Of a DNA stretch of 64,000 bases, positions 1 through 10,405 are shown one piece after another. Source of the stretch: Nitrospinales bacterium (GTDB lineage: Bacteria > Nitrospinota > Nitrospinia > Nitrospinales > VA-1); the NCBI GenBank assembly GCA_965262115.1, contig OZ253496.1, positions 224,001 through 288,000 of the forward strand. The letters are read 5' to 3'. The translations under genes were made by a program, and so were the position numbers. Under the pieces are notes generated by a model. The model ran no database searches, was not told the DNA's origin, and saw only the letters and a program-made list of their open reading frames with translations. Numbering within the stretch: position 1 is the first letter of the stretch; every line of letters starts with the position of its first letter.

Positions 1-473
1 TAAGCCGGCCCTTCATACTCAGCCAAAGCGCGGGTGGCTTGAATTGTTTCTTCCCAATCTGCCGGTTGCACAACAACCATGTTGGGGATGGCCCTTGTGT
101 AGGCGATATCGACAATCATTTGAGCGGTGGGGCCGTCTTCACCCACAGCCAGACCGGTATGTGTTCCCACCAGTTTCACATTAGTCCTGGAATAAGCGAT
201 GCTGACGAGGACCTGATCCATGGTTCTACCTAATAGAAAGCAGGCGAAACCAGTCGCGAAGGGGATTTTCCCGGTGGTGGCGAGACCTGCGGCGGTGCAG
301 ACCATATCTGCCTCGGCAATCCCCATATTGAAAAATCGTTCCGGATATTTTTCGCCGAATTTTTTCGAGCGGGTGCTGTCACTGACTCCCGCATCGAGCA
401 CAACAATGCGCGGATCAGCCCCTATATCTACCAGTGCTTGTCCGTAGGCATCGCGGGTGGGTGCGTCTTTCAT
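1..473 (-). CDS. Transketolase, C-terminal (pyrimidine-binding) subunit; runs off the window edge
   Basis: Manual translation from ATG at 473: MKDAPTRDAYGQAL...YPERFFNMGIAEADMV...GEDGPT. Start overlaps the stop of the N-terminal subunit. Not in the ORF track. Confidence 0.9.
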   Translation of the reverse strand, partial: MKDAPTRDAYGQALVDIGADPRIVVLDAGVSDSTRSKKFGEKYPERFFNMGIAEADMVCTAAGLATTGKIPFATGFACFLLGRTMDQVLVSIAYSRTNVKLVGTHTGLAVGEDGPTAQMIVDIAYTRAIPNMVVVQPADWEETIQATRALAEYEGPA

Positions 474-1306
474 ACCAGTTCCTTTAAGGCTTTGTCATAA
501 TCTTCTTGTGATGGAGCCACACCGTGCCAGGCGGTTTTGCCTTCCATAAAACTAACGCCCTTGCCTTTAATCGTGTCGGCGATGATGACGCGGGGTTTTT
601 CCGGGTGAAGCGGAAGCTGAAGCACTTCGGTAATGGCTTTCATATCATGTCCGTCAATTCTATGGACATCCCAGTTAAAGGATTTCCATTTATCTTCGAG
701 AGGCTCCAGGTCTTTCAGGTCTTTGGTAATACTGTCTTGTGCAACCTTGTTGTAATCGACGATCGCAATCAGGTGGTTGGATTTAAATTTGTCGGCGGAC
801 ATGGCGGCTTCCCAGATTTGTCCTTCGTGCAGCTCACCATCTCCCAGAATGACATAAACTTTGGAGTCATAACCATCCAGCCTGGTTCCGATGGCTATTC
901 CATGCGCCACGCTCAATCCCTGCCCCAAACTTCCTGAGGCAATTTCGATTCCGGGAGTTTTAGGGTGAGGATGTCCGGAGAGAAAACGTTCGCTGTTAAT
1001 TTTCCGGTAACTGTCGAGATCGGACTCAGAAATATATCCTGCCTTGGCAAGCACCGAATAATAAATCCCCGTTACATGACCCTTGCTGAGCAGAAACCGG
1101 TCTCTTTTGGTGTCGTTAGGATTTTTTGAGTCGTGATTTAAGATTCCACCAAAAAACAGCGCGGCCATTAAATCTGCCGCGGAGAAACTGCCTCCGGGGT
1201 GCCCCGATCCAGCCTGAAAAATGATTTTCAGGGCAAGCCTTCTTAAGTCGAGAGCTATTTTCTCAAGCTCGGTAATGTCTGGGATGGTCCATTGGCTTTC
1301 ATTCAT
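470..1306 (-). CDS. Transketolase, N-terminal TPP-binding subunit
   Basis: GSGHPGG, LSKGH, SGHP, GSLGQG, GDGE...EG..WEA TPP motif, TIKGKG. Confidence 0.93.
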   Translation of the reverse strand: MNESQWTIPDITELEKIALDLRRLALKIIFQAGSGHPGGSFSAADLMAALFFGGILNHDSKNPNDTKRDRFLLSKGHVTGIYYSVLAKAGYISESDLDSYRKINSERFLSGHPHPKTPGIEIASGSLGQGLSVAHGIAIGTRLDGYDSKVYVILGDGELHEGQIWEAAMSADKFKSNHLIAIVDYNKVAQDSITKDLKDLEPLEDKWKSFNWDVHRIDGHDMKAITEVLQLPLHPEKPRVIIADTIKGKGVSFMEGKTAWHGVAPSQEDYDKALKELV

Positions 1307-1443
1307 AAAAATTTTTTATCCGGGAACAAAATTGTGCTCCTGCTTATATCATAACCCTTTTAGTTTTGCGAATTGAAAAGAATAATTTTTCAGAGGGGAA
1401 ATGGTTTTGACTTGGAAGACTAAAACCGCATGCAGTGGACCTA

Positions 1444-2070
1444 TTAAAGGAGTTTGGGCTCTTCAAGGAACTCACTGCAAAGCGACAGGAGGTTTTCAAA
1501 ATTAACCGGTTTGGCAAAGAATGCATTGGCCCCGGCTCCAAGAACTTCAGTTTCTGTATATCTCAAGTCCCCGGAAATCGCGATAATATTAATATTTTTT
1601 GTTTTTTCATCACCTCGGAGATCCTTGCAGACCTCCAAACCATTGATGCCGGGAAGTGTGATATCAAGAATCATAATCGTAGGCTGAAACTGGGCGGATT
1701 TTTTTCCTGCTTCCCATCCGTCATAGGCGGTTTCAACGACAAAGTCGTTCTTCTGAAATATTTTTTTAAGAAGATCACAAAATTTTCTTTCATCATCCAC
1801 CACGAGGACTTTACGACTGGATTTTTCCTTTTCTTCCTTCTCAAGAATTTCCTTGATCATGGAAATGGTGTATCCCTTTTTTTGCAGGGCATAAACCTGT
1901 TTACACCGTTCCTCGACCCAGGCGGGATAATAACCGACAATACCCTTACCTCCCGGATGCCCTTCTTTCACAGGATCTGGGAAAAACCGATATTTTTTCT
2001 GCCACAACCAAAGTGTTTTACGCGTAATCGGAACCACTTTTAAAATATCAGCCGCTGTAATTCTTGTCAT
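1444..2070 (-). CDS. Response regulator with N-terminal MerR-like HTH and C-terminal receiver domain
   Basis: N-term ...TLWLWQKK...GYTISMIKEIL; REC motifs VLVVDDE, ILDITLPGING, ISG, AKP. Confidence 0.8.
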   Translation of the reverse strand: MTRITAADILKVVPITRKTLWLWQKKYRFFPDPVKEGHPGGKGIVGYYPAWVEERCKQVYALQKKGYTISMIKEILEKEEKEKSSRKVLVVDDERKFCDLLKKIFQKNDFVVETAYDGWEAGKKSAQFQPTIMILDITLPGINGLEVCKDLRGDEKTKNINIIAISGDLRYTETEVLGAGANAFFAKPVNFENLLSLCSEFLEEPKLL

Positions 2071-2525
2071 ATCTTACTTTCTGAAAATGATTTTGATATA
2101 TAGGTTTTACCTGACCCGCTTGACCAGCGTTTGAAACGATAAACCAATTTGCAAAATTATACCACAGTTAATGTAAATTTTGTCCAACCAACCTGCTTCG
2201 AAAATCGGAATTAAAATAAAAATATGAATAAAAAAGTTATTTACTTATGAATTTATGTTACTTTTATTAAAGTAAAGAATTTCTTTATTTTGCTTGAAGT
2301 AATTTGCAGTGATTGCAAGTATCTATCACTTTTTCGCCGGCAGAAACTTATCAAGCCAATCCCCCAAAAATCCGATAAAATATTGATAATCTGACAATTT
2401 ATAAGACTGCCTGATGTTTTCATTCTTGAAAAAATCTGGAAACGGACACTTATTAGGCGTTTCTTTTGGCGAGCCCTTTAAATATAATGATTTTACCCTT
2501 TCATCCTTTTAGAGTCCTGCGGTTC

Positions 2526-4052
2526 ATGAAGAATATTTTGTTTCCCAAACTCCCCGTTTATTTATCCGCCCTCTTTTTTATCTCTGTTTCCTTGGTGCAA
2601 GCCAGTGAGCCTTTGTCTCTAACATTAAAGGAAACGATTGAGAGAGTTTTAAAAAATAATATCAGTATTTCTGTTCAAAGTTATAACTCCAAAATCAACG
2701 AACAATTTATTTTTAATAAGAAAGCGGACTTTGATCCGACCATCGATTTTGAATTCACGCTCAGCGAAGAAACCCGTCAAAGAGCATCAACTCTTGCTTA
2801 CGCGAAATCCAGAAATAAGGATTACGACTGGGATTTATCTATTTCCCAAAAATTTGTCACTGGCGGAGATTATGAATTTTCTATGGATAGTAACAAGAGT
2901 GAGACCAGTTCGTCCTTCACCTTACTCAACCCCGTGTATTCGGCAGATTTGGAACTGACAGTCACCCAGCCCCTGCTCAAGGATTTTGGCATAGATCTCA
3001 ATAAGCGGGAAATCTATATTGCCAAAAACGATCAAAAGATTTCTGACCATCAATTCACCGAAAAAATCATTGATACCCTCACTGAGGCTGAAAATATTTA
3101 TTGGGATCTGGTTTTCCGTATCGAAGACCTGAAGGTCAAGGAGACCTCTCTGCAAAGAGCCCGGGATCTGGAGAAACGGGTCAAAGCCCAGGTCGATGTG
3201 GGAACCCTTGCGGAGTTGGAAATTCTTCAGGCCAAATCGGAGGTGGCCTCAAGAGACGAGCAACTTTTGAACGCGCAAAACCTGATTGAAGATAATGAAG
3301 ACAACCTTAAGAGTATCCTCAACGTATCCTTTGATTCAGAGGAGGGTTTGAAAAAAATAATTCCCGCAGACAGCCCTGTCTTTGAACCGGGCAATAAAAA
3401 ATCTTTAGAAGAAGCATTAAAAGCCGCCCTCACCCACCGGCCCGATATGCTGGCCAAGAAAAAAGAACTGGATAATAGAAATATTGAAGCTAAATATAAT
3501 GAAAACCAAATGCTCCCGACGCTGGATCTGGTTGGGAGTCTGGGCCTGAACGGTTTGAGCGGCGATTCCGGAACAACTGATGGCGCTTACGATACTGCCT
3601 TGTTCGAGGCGTTCTCAACAGAGTTTGGTTTATGGGGGGTTAGCATCAACCTGAGTTATCCACTTGGAAACCGGGCGGCGAAAAGTCAGTTGGCGGCAAA
3701 AAGGCTGGAAGTGGCTCAGTCATTACTGGATATCAAAGATTTGGAAAAAAATATTGTGGTGGAAGTCCGCGAGGCTCATCGCCAAATTGAAACAGACATC
3801 AAAAGGGTTCAAGCCACCCGGGTTGCGCGAAAACTTGCTGAAGAAAAATTGAATGCCGAGGAGAAAAAGTTTGAGGTTGGATTGTCAACCAGTTTCAATG
3901 TGCTGGAGTTCCAGGAAGATCTAGCTGAAGAACAGAGCAATGCGATTAAAGCTGTTATCGATTACAACAAATCTCTTAACCGGTTGAACCAAGTCATTGC
4001 CCGGACTTTGGAGGCGCATGATATAAAACTGGTATCCAGCGAAGACTCATGA
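2526..4052 (+). CDS. TolC-family outer membrane efflux protein
   Basis: Signal peptide; two OEP repeats (LTVTQPLLKDFG; LSYPLGN; EEKKFEVGLST); first gene of an exporter operon. Start at 2526 preferred over 2466. Confidence 0.88.
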   Translation: MKNILFPKLPVYLSALFFISVSLVQASEPLSLTLKETIERVLKNNISISVQSYNSKINEQFIFNKKADFDPTIDFEFTLSEETRQRASTLAYAKSRNKDYDWDLSISQKFVTGGDYEFSMDSNKSETSSSFTLLNPVYSADLELTVTQPLLKDFGIDLNKREIYIAKNDQKISDHQFTEKIIDTLTEAENIYWDLVFRIEDLKVKETSLQRARDLEKRVKAQVDVGTLAELEILQAKSEVASRDEQLLNAQNLIEDNEDNLKSILNVSFDSEEGLKKIIPADSPVFEPGNKKSLEEALKAALTHRPDMLAKKKELDNRNIEAKYNENQMLPTLDLVGSLGLNGLSGDSGTTDGAYDTALFEAFSTEFGLWGVSINLSYPLGNRAAKSQLAAKRLEVAQSLLDIKDLEKNIVVEVREAHRQIETDIKRVQATRVARKLAEEKLNAEEKKFEVGLSTSFNVLEFQEDLAEEQSNAIKAVIDYNKSLNRLNQVIARTLEAHDIKLVSSEDS

Positions 4053-5374
4053 AAAAAGCCCTGGTTTTTGTCGGGGTGGCGTTTCTCCTGACTGGCATAT
4101 ATTTATTTCTCTATGATTCCAACGGTACGAGGGAAGCCGCAAAGCCTGTTTTCAAAACCTCCCAAGTACTGCAAGGTGACCTGGCTGTAAAAATTTCAGC
4201 TACCGGCATTGTTGAACCTAACTTTAAGGTAGAAGTTAAATCAAAAGCCAGTGGTGAGGTTCTATCCTTTCCCTTTGAGGAAGGCGACTGGGTTAAAAAG
4301 GTAGCACTTCTCTTGCAACTGGATAAATCCGATGAACAGCGAAATGTTGCCAAGGCCCACGCAGAATTATCCAGTTCATCGGCGAAATATAAAAAAGCGG
4401 AAACTGGGCTCCTGCTGCAAAAAACCAAATACGATACCGATATAAAATCCTCCCAGTCAGAAATTAAAACCGCCCTTGCCAACCTCAAGGAAGCGGAAGA
4501 CAAACTGAAACGCCAAATTGGATTGTTTGAGAAAAAGTTTGTCTCACAGGAATCTTTGGATGCGGCCGCAACTCTTTTTAAAGTAAACCAGGAAAATCTC
4601 GTTCAAGCGCAAACCCGGCTTCAGACAGCCGAGGATTCCATTCACGATATCACGATGAAGGAAAATGAGATCGAGCTGGCCCAGTCTGAAGTCAAGCGCT
4701 CTGAGATTGCCATGGATGAGGCAGAAGAAAGGTTGGATGAAACGGAGATATTTGCCCCCATTGATGGAGTTATCATTGAAAAACTTGTCGAAGAGGGCCA
4801 GATCATCGCTTCGGGAATTTCAAATGTGAGTGGCGGGACGGCAATCGCAACCATCGCCGACATGTCACGATTATTCATCATTGCAGATATTGATGAAACA
4901 GATATAGGGTCTGTTAAAATAGGCCATAACGTGCGGATTACGGCGGATGCTTTCCCCGATGAAGTTTTTAAGGGCAAGGTCACGCGCATAGCGCCACAAG
5001 GACTTATCGAAAACAGCATCACCATTTTTAAGGCCAAAATTGAAATCGCGGGTTCCGGGAAGACCCTGCTCAAACCTATGATGTCTGCAAATATAGATAT
5101 CGTTACCTATCAGGTTAAGGGCACGGTGTACGCCAGCCGCGCCGGAATTCGCAAGGATGACGAAGGGGAGTTCGCGGTGGTATTAAGAAATGATCAACCG
5201 GAAAAAATAAGAGTGAAGACGGGAATCAGGAATCCGATTCATGTCCGTATTATTAGCGGGTTGAGTGCGGGTGAAGAGTTGATCCTGGGGGATTGGGAAA
5301 AAATTCTCGAGGAATCTAAGAAAAAGAAAAGTTCTTCTCTCAGAAAAATTCTCTGGATGATTCGCTCGAAGTGA
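4049..5374 (+). CDS. Efflux periplasmic adaptor (MacA/HlyD-type membrane fusion protein)
   Basis: N-terminal TM, VEVKSKASG lipoyl half, long coiled coil, IFAPIDG, IDETDIG. Confidence 0.9.
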   Translation: MKKALVFVGVAFLLTGIYLFLYDSNGTREAAKPVFKTSQVLQGDLAVKISATGIVEPNFKVEVKSKASGEVLSFPFEEGDWVKKVALLLQLDKSDEQRNVAKAHAELSSSSAKYKKAETGLLLQKTKYDTDIKSSQSEIKTALANLKEAEDKLKRQIGLFEKKFVSQESLDAAATLFKVNQENLVQAQTRLQTAEDSIHDITMKENEIELAQSEVKRSEIAMDEAEERLDETEIFAPIDGVIIEKLVEEGQIIASGISNVSGGTAIATIADMSRLFIIADIDETDIGSVKIGHNVRITADAFPDEVFKGKVTRIAPQGLIENSITIFKAKIEIAGSGKTLLKPMMSANIDIVTYQVKGTVYASRAGIRKDDEGEFAVVLRNDQPEKIRVKTGIRNPIHVRIISGLSAGEELILGDWEKILEESKKKKSSSLRKILWMIRSK

Positions 5375-5381
5375 GGTTGCT

Positions 5382-6065
5382 TTGATTGAAGTCGAAAAGC
5401 TCTCTAAGATTTATCAAATGGAAAGGCAACAGGTATCGGCCTTGGCCGGGGTCACTTTCAGGATTGAAAAAGGGGAGTTCGTTGCCATCATGGGGCCTTC
5501 GGGCAGTGGTAAATCCACTCTCATGAATCTTATAGGATGCCTGGATATCCCCTCTTCCGGTAGTTATCGTCTGGAAAATCTCGATATCCAGGACATGAAT
5601 CCTAACCAGTTGGCAGAAGTTCGCAACCGCAGGATCGGTTTTGTTTTTCAGAGTTTCAATCTTCTGCCTTGCGCCACAGCATTGGAAAACACCGAACTGC
5701 CCCTGCTCTATGGCCGGGTTCCCAAAGCGACTGAAATCGCCCTACAGGCCCTTGAACGCGTTGGCTTGGCTCACCGCGCCAAGCATAAGCCCACCGAATT
5801 GTCCGGAGGGGAATGTCAGCGAGTCGCCATTGCCAGAGCCCTGGTGAATAGCCCTGCTATCATTCTGGCAGATGAACCAACGGGAAACCTTGATTCCGTA
5901 ACGGGCAAGGAGATCCTTGACCTTTTTCAGGAATTGAATCAGGAAGCGGTGACCCTGATTCTGGTGACCCATGAACAGGAAGTTGCGCGGCAGGCAAAAA
6001 GAATCATGCAGATGAAAGATGGAAAAATCATAGCTGACACGTCTAATGGAGCGGGACTATGCTGA
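5382..6065 (+). CDS. ABC transporter ATP-binding protein (MacB/LolD type)
   Basis: GPSGSGKS, LSGGECQR, ILADEPTGNLD, LVTH. Confidence 0.95.
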   Translation: MIEVEKLSKIYQMERQQVSALAGVTFRIEKGEFVAIMGPSGSGKSTLMNLIGCLDIPSSGSYRLENLDIQDMNPNQLAEVRNRRIGFVFQSFNLLPCATALENTELPLLYGRVPKATEIALQALERVGLAHRAKHKPTELSGGECQRVAIARALVNSPAIILADEPTGNLDSVTGKEILDLFQELNQEAVTLILVTHEQEVARQAKRIMQMKDGKIIADTSNGAGLC

Positions 6066-7267
6066 TATGGGATTTGTTTAAAATGGCTCTTAGAAGCCTG
6101 GTGACCCACAAGCTCAGGACGTTTTTAACCGCTCTGGGAATTATTATTGGCGTGGCATCGGTGATTTCGATGATCGCTATCGGCGAAGGGGCCAAGCGCC
6201 AGGCTCTGAACACGATTTCCAAGTTCGGCACAAACATCATCACTATCAAGCCGGGACAAAAGAAATCCCGACATGTGACATCAGGCAGGGTCGACACCCT
6301 CACTCTGGATGACGCGAATTTCATCGAAGAAAACATTCCTCTTATCACTGGTGTCGCGGCGCAGGTTTACCGATCCGCCCAACTTAAATTTGAGAATAAG
6401 AATACCAACACCACGGTCAGGGGAACGGGAGCCAGTTACGCGCGTTTAGCTAATTTCGAAATGGATCGGGGGCGTTATTTCAACAATGAAGAAATAAGGT
6501 CTGCGAAAAGAATTTGTGTCGTGGGTTCTACAGTAGTGAAGAATCTTTTTGAAGGCCGGAATCCGTTGGGCAAAACTATTAAGGTGGATGGGAAGAACTT
6601 TTTAGTCATCGGCACCACGGTGCCAAAAGGAGCACTGAGTTGGTATGATCCTGACGATCAAATTTTTATTCCGGTCACCACGGCGCAAAAACGGGTTTTC
6701 GGGATGAAGCATGTCCAATCCATTGACGTGCAGGCTGGCCAAATTGATGATCTGGAAATTATTAAAGAGGATATCTCCCGGATTCTCCGGCAGAAACATA
6801 ATATTGCTGAAGGCAAGGAAGACGACTTTTATGTGCAGAATTCTTCCCAGTGGCTGAACAGCTGGGGGGATGCGGCCAAAACGTTCACTTACCTGTTGGG
6901 GGGCATTGCCGCAATTTCTCTCATGGTTGGGGGCATTGGAATTATGAATATTATGCTGGTTTCTGTTACCGAGCGCACCCGGGAAATAGGCATCAGAAAG
7001 GCTATTGGCGCCAAGAAAAAAGAGATTCTGGCGCAATTCCTGATAGAATCCGTTTTGATTAGTTTTCTGGGCGGTGGCATCGGTATTTTGTTGGGGATAG
7101 GAATCTCTCGTGTTGTTTCAGACCTTGGAGATTGGGAGACCATCGTCTCTACCCAGTCCATTATCCTGGCTTTTGGTTTTTCGGTAGCAATTGGTGTTTT
7201 TTTCGGTTTCTACCCCGCCAATAAGGCGGCTAATCTGAACCCTATTGACGCACTTAGATATGAATAA
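6059..7267 (+). CDS. MacB/FtsX-family ABC permease
   Basis: LTALGIIIGVASVI, GGIGIMNIMLVSVTERTREIGIRKAIGA, C-term PIDALRYE. Confidence 0.95.
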   Translation: MLIWDLFKMALRSLVTHKLRTFLTALGIIIGVASVISMIAIGEGAKRQALNTISKFGTNIITIKPGQKKSRHVTSGRVDTLTLDDANFIEENIPLITGVAAQVYRSAQLKFENKNTNTTVRGTGASYARLANFEMDRGRYFNNEEIRSAKRICVVGSTVVKNLFEGRNPLGKTIKVDGKNFLVIGTTVPKGALSWYDPDDQIFIPVTTAQKRVFGMKHVQSIDVQAGQIDDLEIIKEDISRILRQKHNIAEGKEDDFYVQNSSQWLNSWGDAAKTFTYLLGGIAAISLMVGGIGIMNIMLVSVTERTREIGIRKAIGAKKKEILAQFLIESVLISFLGGGIGILLGIGISRVVSDLGDWETIVSTQSIILAFGFSVAIGVFFGFYPANKAANLNPIDALRYE

Positions 7268-7379
7268 CCCCCTAGCGAGGGAGGCAGCACAGCATTCCCA
7301 CATTGCGGACTGAGCACTCAAGCGCAAGACTTTAAGGGTTTCCCCGACCGGCGGGCTTGCTAACAATATTAAAACATTG

Positions 7380-7413
7380 CTCATTGTACCCCTGCGGGGC
7401 ATGAGGGCTAATG
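7380..7413. repeat. Short palindromic repeat unit CTCATT-R-TACC...GGCAYGA..GCTAATG
   Basis: Related copy at 8950-8987; its core TACCCCTGCGGGGCA (7387-7401) recurs exactly at 61095-61109. Confidence 0.55.
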
Positions 7414-8928
7414 AATGACAGCACAACCCCAGCGTCACGCTGGTTAAATATGGATATCCTGCCCGATAAAAATACATTTATGCGATTGGGGGCATCTTCA
7501 TCGCGTATCCCCGTCTGTGGGCAGGAAAAAATTCCCGGTCTGGACCTTTCCACTTTATTTCAGAAGCTTTTTCCTCAAACTGCAAACTCCTTCCTGTTCG
7601 AAAGCGCAAACGGGCCGGAGGAGACAACCCGATACTCCTTAATGGGAGGAGGCTGTTCAAAAATATTAGAGATTGCAGAGCAACGGGCAAAACTATTTCA
7701 GAAAGGTCAGTTGGTTTCAGAATGGGATCAGCCAGGTCCCGCCATTGATCTGTTAAATTTTGAACAAAATGTGCGTCCCATGGATCACCTGCCCCATTTC
7801 TGGGGCGGCTGGGTGGGATTCATCGGTTACGAAGCGGGTGCATGGTTTGAGTCTCTGCCTGTCAAGGAATCGCGCAATTTGACCGACTTGATGTTCATGG
7901 AGGTGGAGCGATTATTTTTATATGACCATATCACTGAAGAATTAAAATTCGTTCTTTCTCCAAAAACAAACGGAACAGAGAATGACTATGATGAACTCTG
8001 TCAGGAAATTCAAAGAGCCTGGAAAGATATTTATCGGGCTTTGGAAAATATCGGCGAAAGATCGGAGTCAGAGATTCTCAACTCCCCATCATCCTCCCGT
8101 TCCTCTAATGGTCTGAGATCCAATTTAAGTGAGACGGATTATACCGAACGGGTAGAAAAGGCTAAAAACTATATCCGCGAAGGAGATATTTATCAGGCCA
8201 ATCTCGCGCAAAAATTCACAACACCGTTTACAGGCAGTCCCTTCGAGCTTTATGGTAAGCTCCGGCAGGTCAACCCTGCCCCTTTTTCAGGGTATTTAAA
8301 TTTTCAGAAGTTTTCACTGGTCAGTTCATCTCCCGAGCGTTTGGTAAAAGTTCATGAACACCGGATTGAGACACGACCCATAGCAGGCACCCGGCCTCGT
8401 GGGTTAAAAGATGAGGAAGATAAGGCTCTCTCTCTGGAATTGTTGTTGAATCCGAAGGAGCGTGCCGAACATTTGATGCTGGTTGATTTGGAGCGCAACG
8501 ATTTGGGACGCATCTGCCAAGCCGGATCGGTTTGTGTGACCGATTTCATGTTTCTGGAAAAATATTCGCATGTGAGCCATATCGTCTCTAATATAACGGG
8601 GAATCTTAAACCTGAGATCGGTGTTTATGATATTTTGAAATCTGTCTTTCCCGGAGGGACCATCACAGGTTGTCCCAAGATTCGTTGCATGGAAATAATT
8701 TCTGAATTGGAGCCGGTTATGAGGGGCCCTTATTCCGGCTCATTTGGATATATCGGTTTCGGCCCTTATATGGACTTAAACATCATCATTCGTTCTATTG
8801 TGATCTGTGATGAGACAGCCAGTTTCCATGTGGGAGCAGGTATTGTGGCAGATTCCAACCCGCAAAAAGAGTACCAAGAAACCTTGGACAAGGCCGCAGC
8901 AATGATAGAAGCCTTATCACACCACTAA
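7411..8928 (+). CDS. pabB: Aminodeoxychorismate/anthranilate synthase component I family (probable PabB)
   Basis: GDIYQANL, SSSPER, TRPIAGTRPRG, EHLMLVDLERNDLG, FPGGTITGCPK, GAGIVADS; followed by a class IV PLP enzyme. True start may be 7450. Confidence 0.8.
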   Translation: MNDSTTPASRWLNMDILPDKNTFMRLGASSSRIPVCGQEKIPGLDLSTLFQKLFPQTANSFLFESANGPEETTRYSLMGGGCSKILEIAEQRAKLFQKGQLVSEWDQPGPAIDLLNFEQNVRPMDHLPHFWGGWVGFIGYEAGAWFESLPVKESRNLTDLMFMEVERLFLYDHITEELKFVLSPKTNGTENDYDELCQEIQRAWKDIYRALENIGERSESEILNSPSSSRSSNGLRSNLSETDYTERVEKAKNYIREGDIYQANLAQKFTTPFTGSPFELYGKLRQVNPAPFSGYLNFQKFSLVSSSPERLVKVHEHRIETRPIAGTRPRGLKDEEDKALSLELLLNPKERAEHLMLVDLERNDLGRICQAGSVCVTDFMFLEKYSHVSHIVSNITGNLKPEIGVYDILKSVFPGGTITGCPKIRCMEIISELEPVMRGPYSGSFGYIGFGPYMDLNIIIRSIVICDETASFHVGAGIVADSNPQKEYQETLDKAAAMIEALSHH

Positions 8929-9067
8929 CCCTGTAGGTGTGAGCAAGAACTCATTATACCTTGGGCTTTTAGGCACGAAAGCTAATGGAGAATATCACTT
9001 GATACTAGCCCCACGCCGAGTGGTTGCAAGTCATTAGCGGAGGTTCTCCGTAGATTGAGAGGGGCGG

Positions 9068-9934
9068 ATGCAAAACTCTATTGTTTACATAAACGGATTG
9101 TTCACCCCGCTTGAAAAGGCAAATGTTTCCATATTGGACCGGGGCTTCTGTTACGGAGATGGCCTGTTTGAAACCATGCGTGCCTGTAAGGGAAACATCT
9201 TCAGGCCCGATCGCCATTTGGAAAGACTGTTCGAATCCCTGCCATTAATTTTTATCGATTTACCCATGACCCGGCAGGAGGTTAAGGCTGTGGTGCAGGA
9301 AACTCTCGACCGGAACAAGTGTAAAAATGCCATCATTCGTTTGACCGTCACCCGTGGTATCAACGAGCCAAATTTTCAGATAGACCCAGAATCCCCACCC
9401 ACTTTAGTAGTGCATGTCAGGCCTCACCAACCTCTGCCGAAAGCCATTTATCGCAAAGGGGTTCAGATCACCCTGCTGACCATGTCGGCACCCGTTTTGC
9501 CGGGCGTGAAAAAGAACCTTAAGACTTGCAACTTCCTTTCTAATATTCTGATCCGGGAAATTTCCCGGCGCCGAGGAAGTATGGAGGGGATTATTGTAGA
9601 TCCTGTTCTGGGCGTGACAGAGGGTGCCACCAGCAACCTGTTTATTGTGAAAGAGGGGGTGCTTAAAACTCCGGCCGTCAATAATAGTGTGCTGGAAGGA
9701 ATCACCCGCCGGGTTGTCCTTGAAATCGCCAGGGATCATAAAATCCCTATTGAAGAAGGCCTGTTGCTTACAGAAGATGTTCTAGCTGCAGATGAGGTGT
9801 TCATCACCAATTCCGGGATTGATATTGTTCCTGTGATTCGGGTGGACGATACATATATTGGCAACAGAAAACCGGGAATCCTGACCTGCTTTTTGCAGGA
9901 TAAATTTTTAAAATGCGTTGAAGAAGCCCGTTAA
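9068..9934 (+). CDS. pabC: Class IV PLP-dependent aminotransferase / probable 4-amino-4-deoxychorismate lyase
   Basis: DRGFCYGDGLFET, EGATSNLF, LEGITR, ADEVFITNS; adjacent to pabB. Confidence 0.7.
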   Translation: MQNSIVYINGLFTPLEKANVSILDRGFCYGDGLFETMRACKGNIFRPDRHLERLFESLPLIFIDLPMTRQEVKAVVQETLDRNKCKNAIIRLTVTRGINEPNFQIDPESPPTLVVHVRPHQPLPKAIYRKGVQITLLTMSAPVLPGVKKNLKTCNFLSNILIREISRRRGSMEGIIVDPVLGVTEGATSNLFIVKEGVLKTPAVNNSVLEGITRRVVLEIARDHKIPIEEGLLLTEDVLAADEVFITNSGIDIVPVIRVDDTYIGNRKPGILTCFLQDKFLKCVEEAR

Positions 9935-9976
9935 ACGTGATAGCTTTCCATTTCTTTTATTCTGGATACTATATTT

Positions 9977-10405
9977 ATGAGCGAACAAAACCGTTTTCAT
10001 GACAACCCGTCAGGGATGATTACCGACACTAAATATAATACGCATTGGCTTCCCAAAGATTCATGGGGAGACTTGGGCCAGTGGAGAACTTTTGACGAGG
10101 CGCTGGCATATGTCCGGTTGATGAATCAGGTTTATGCGGGAGGATTCAGCGATTGGAGGCTTCCAACAAAGCAGGATGCCGAGAATTTTTATGATGCGGA
10201 CTTGAACCAGATAGACTGGGAGGAAGAAGTTATCCACATCGACTCATTATTTGTCACAAAATGCGCCAATTTCATGTGGATCCAAGAAACTAATGATAAT
10301 AAGGAAGTCGGCCGGATCAACTTGAGAGATGGTGAGGTGGACTTCGTTGACCGCAATACCCGGGAACACCAGTCAGCAAGGATGGTGAGGGATATCAGAT
10401 CCTAG
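9977..10405 (+). CDS. DUF1566 (Lcl C-terminal-like) domain protein
   Basis: GMITDTK...W, YAGGFSDWRLPT, terminal ARMVR. Confidence 0.75.
   Translation: MSEQNRFHDNPSGMITDTKYNTHWLPKDSWGDLGQWRTFDEALAYVRLMNQVYAGGFSDWRLPTKQDAENFYDADLNQIDWEEEVIHIDSLFVTKCANFMWIQETNDNKEVGRINLRDGEVDFVDRNTREHQSARMVRDIRS

Noticed and set aside
1435..2043. 202-aa plus-strand ORF
   Set aside because: Antisense shadow of the response regulator, with no motifs. The same applies to most short overlapping ORFs in the track.
7279..7352. Possible c-di-GMP-II riboswitch (GAGCACT...CCGACC)
   Set aside because: The GTAGTGCAA-type pairing partner is missing; the resemblance is too weak.
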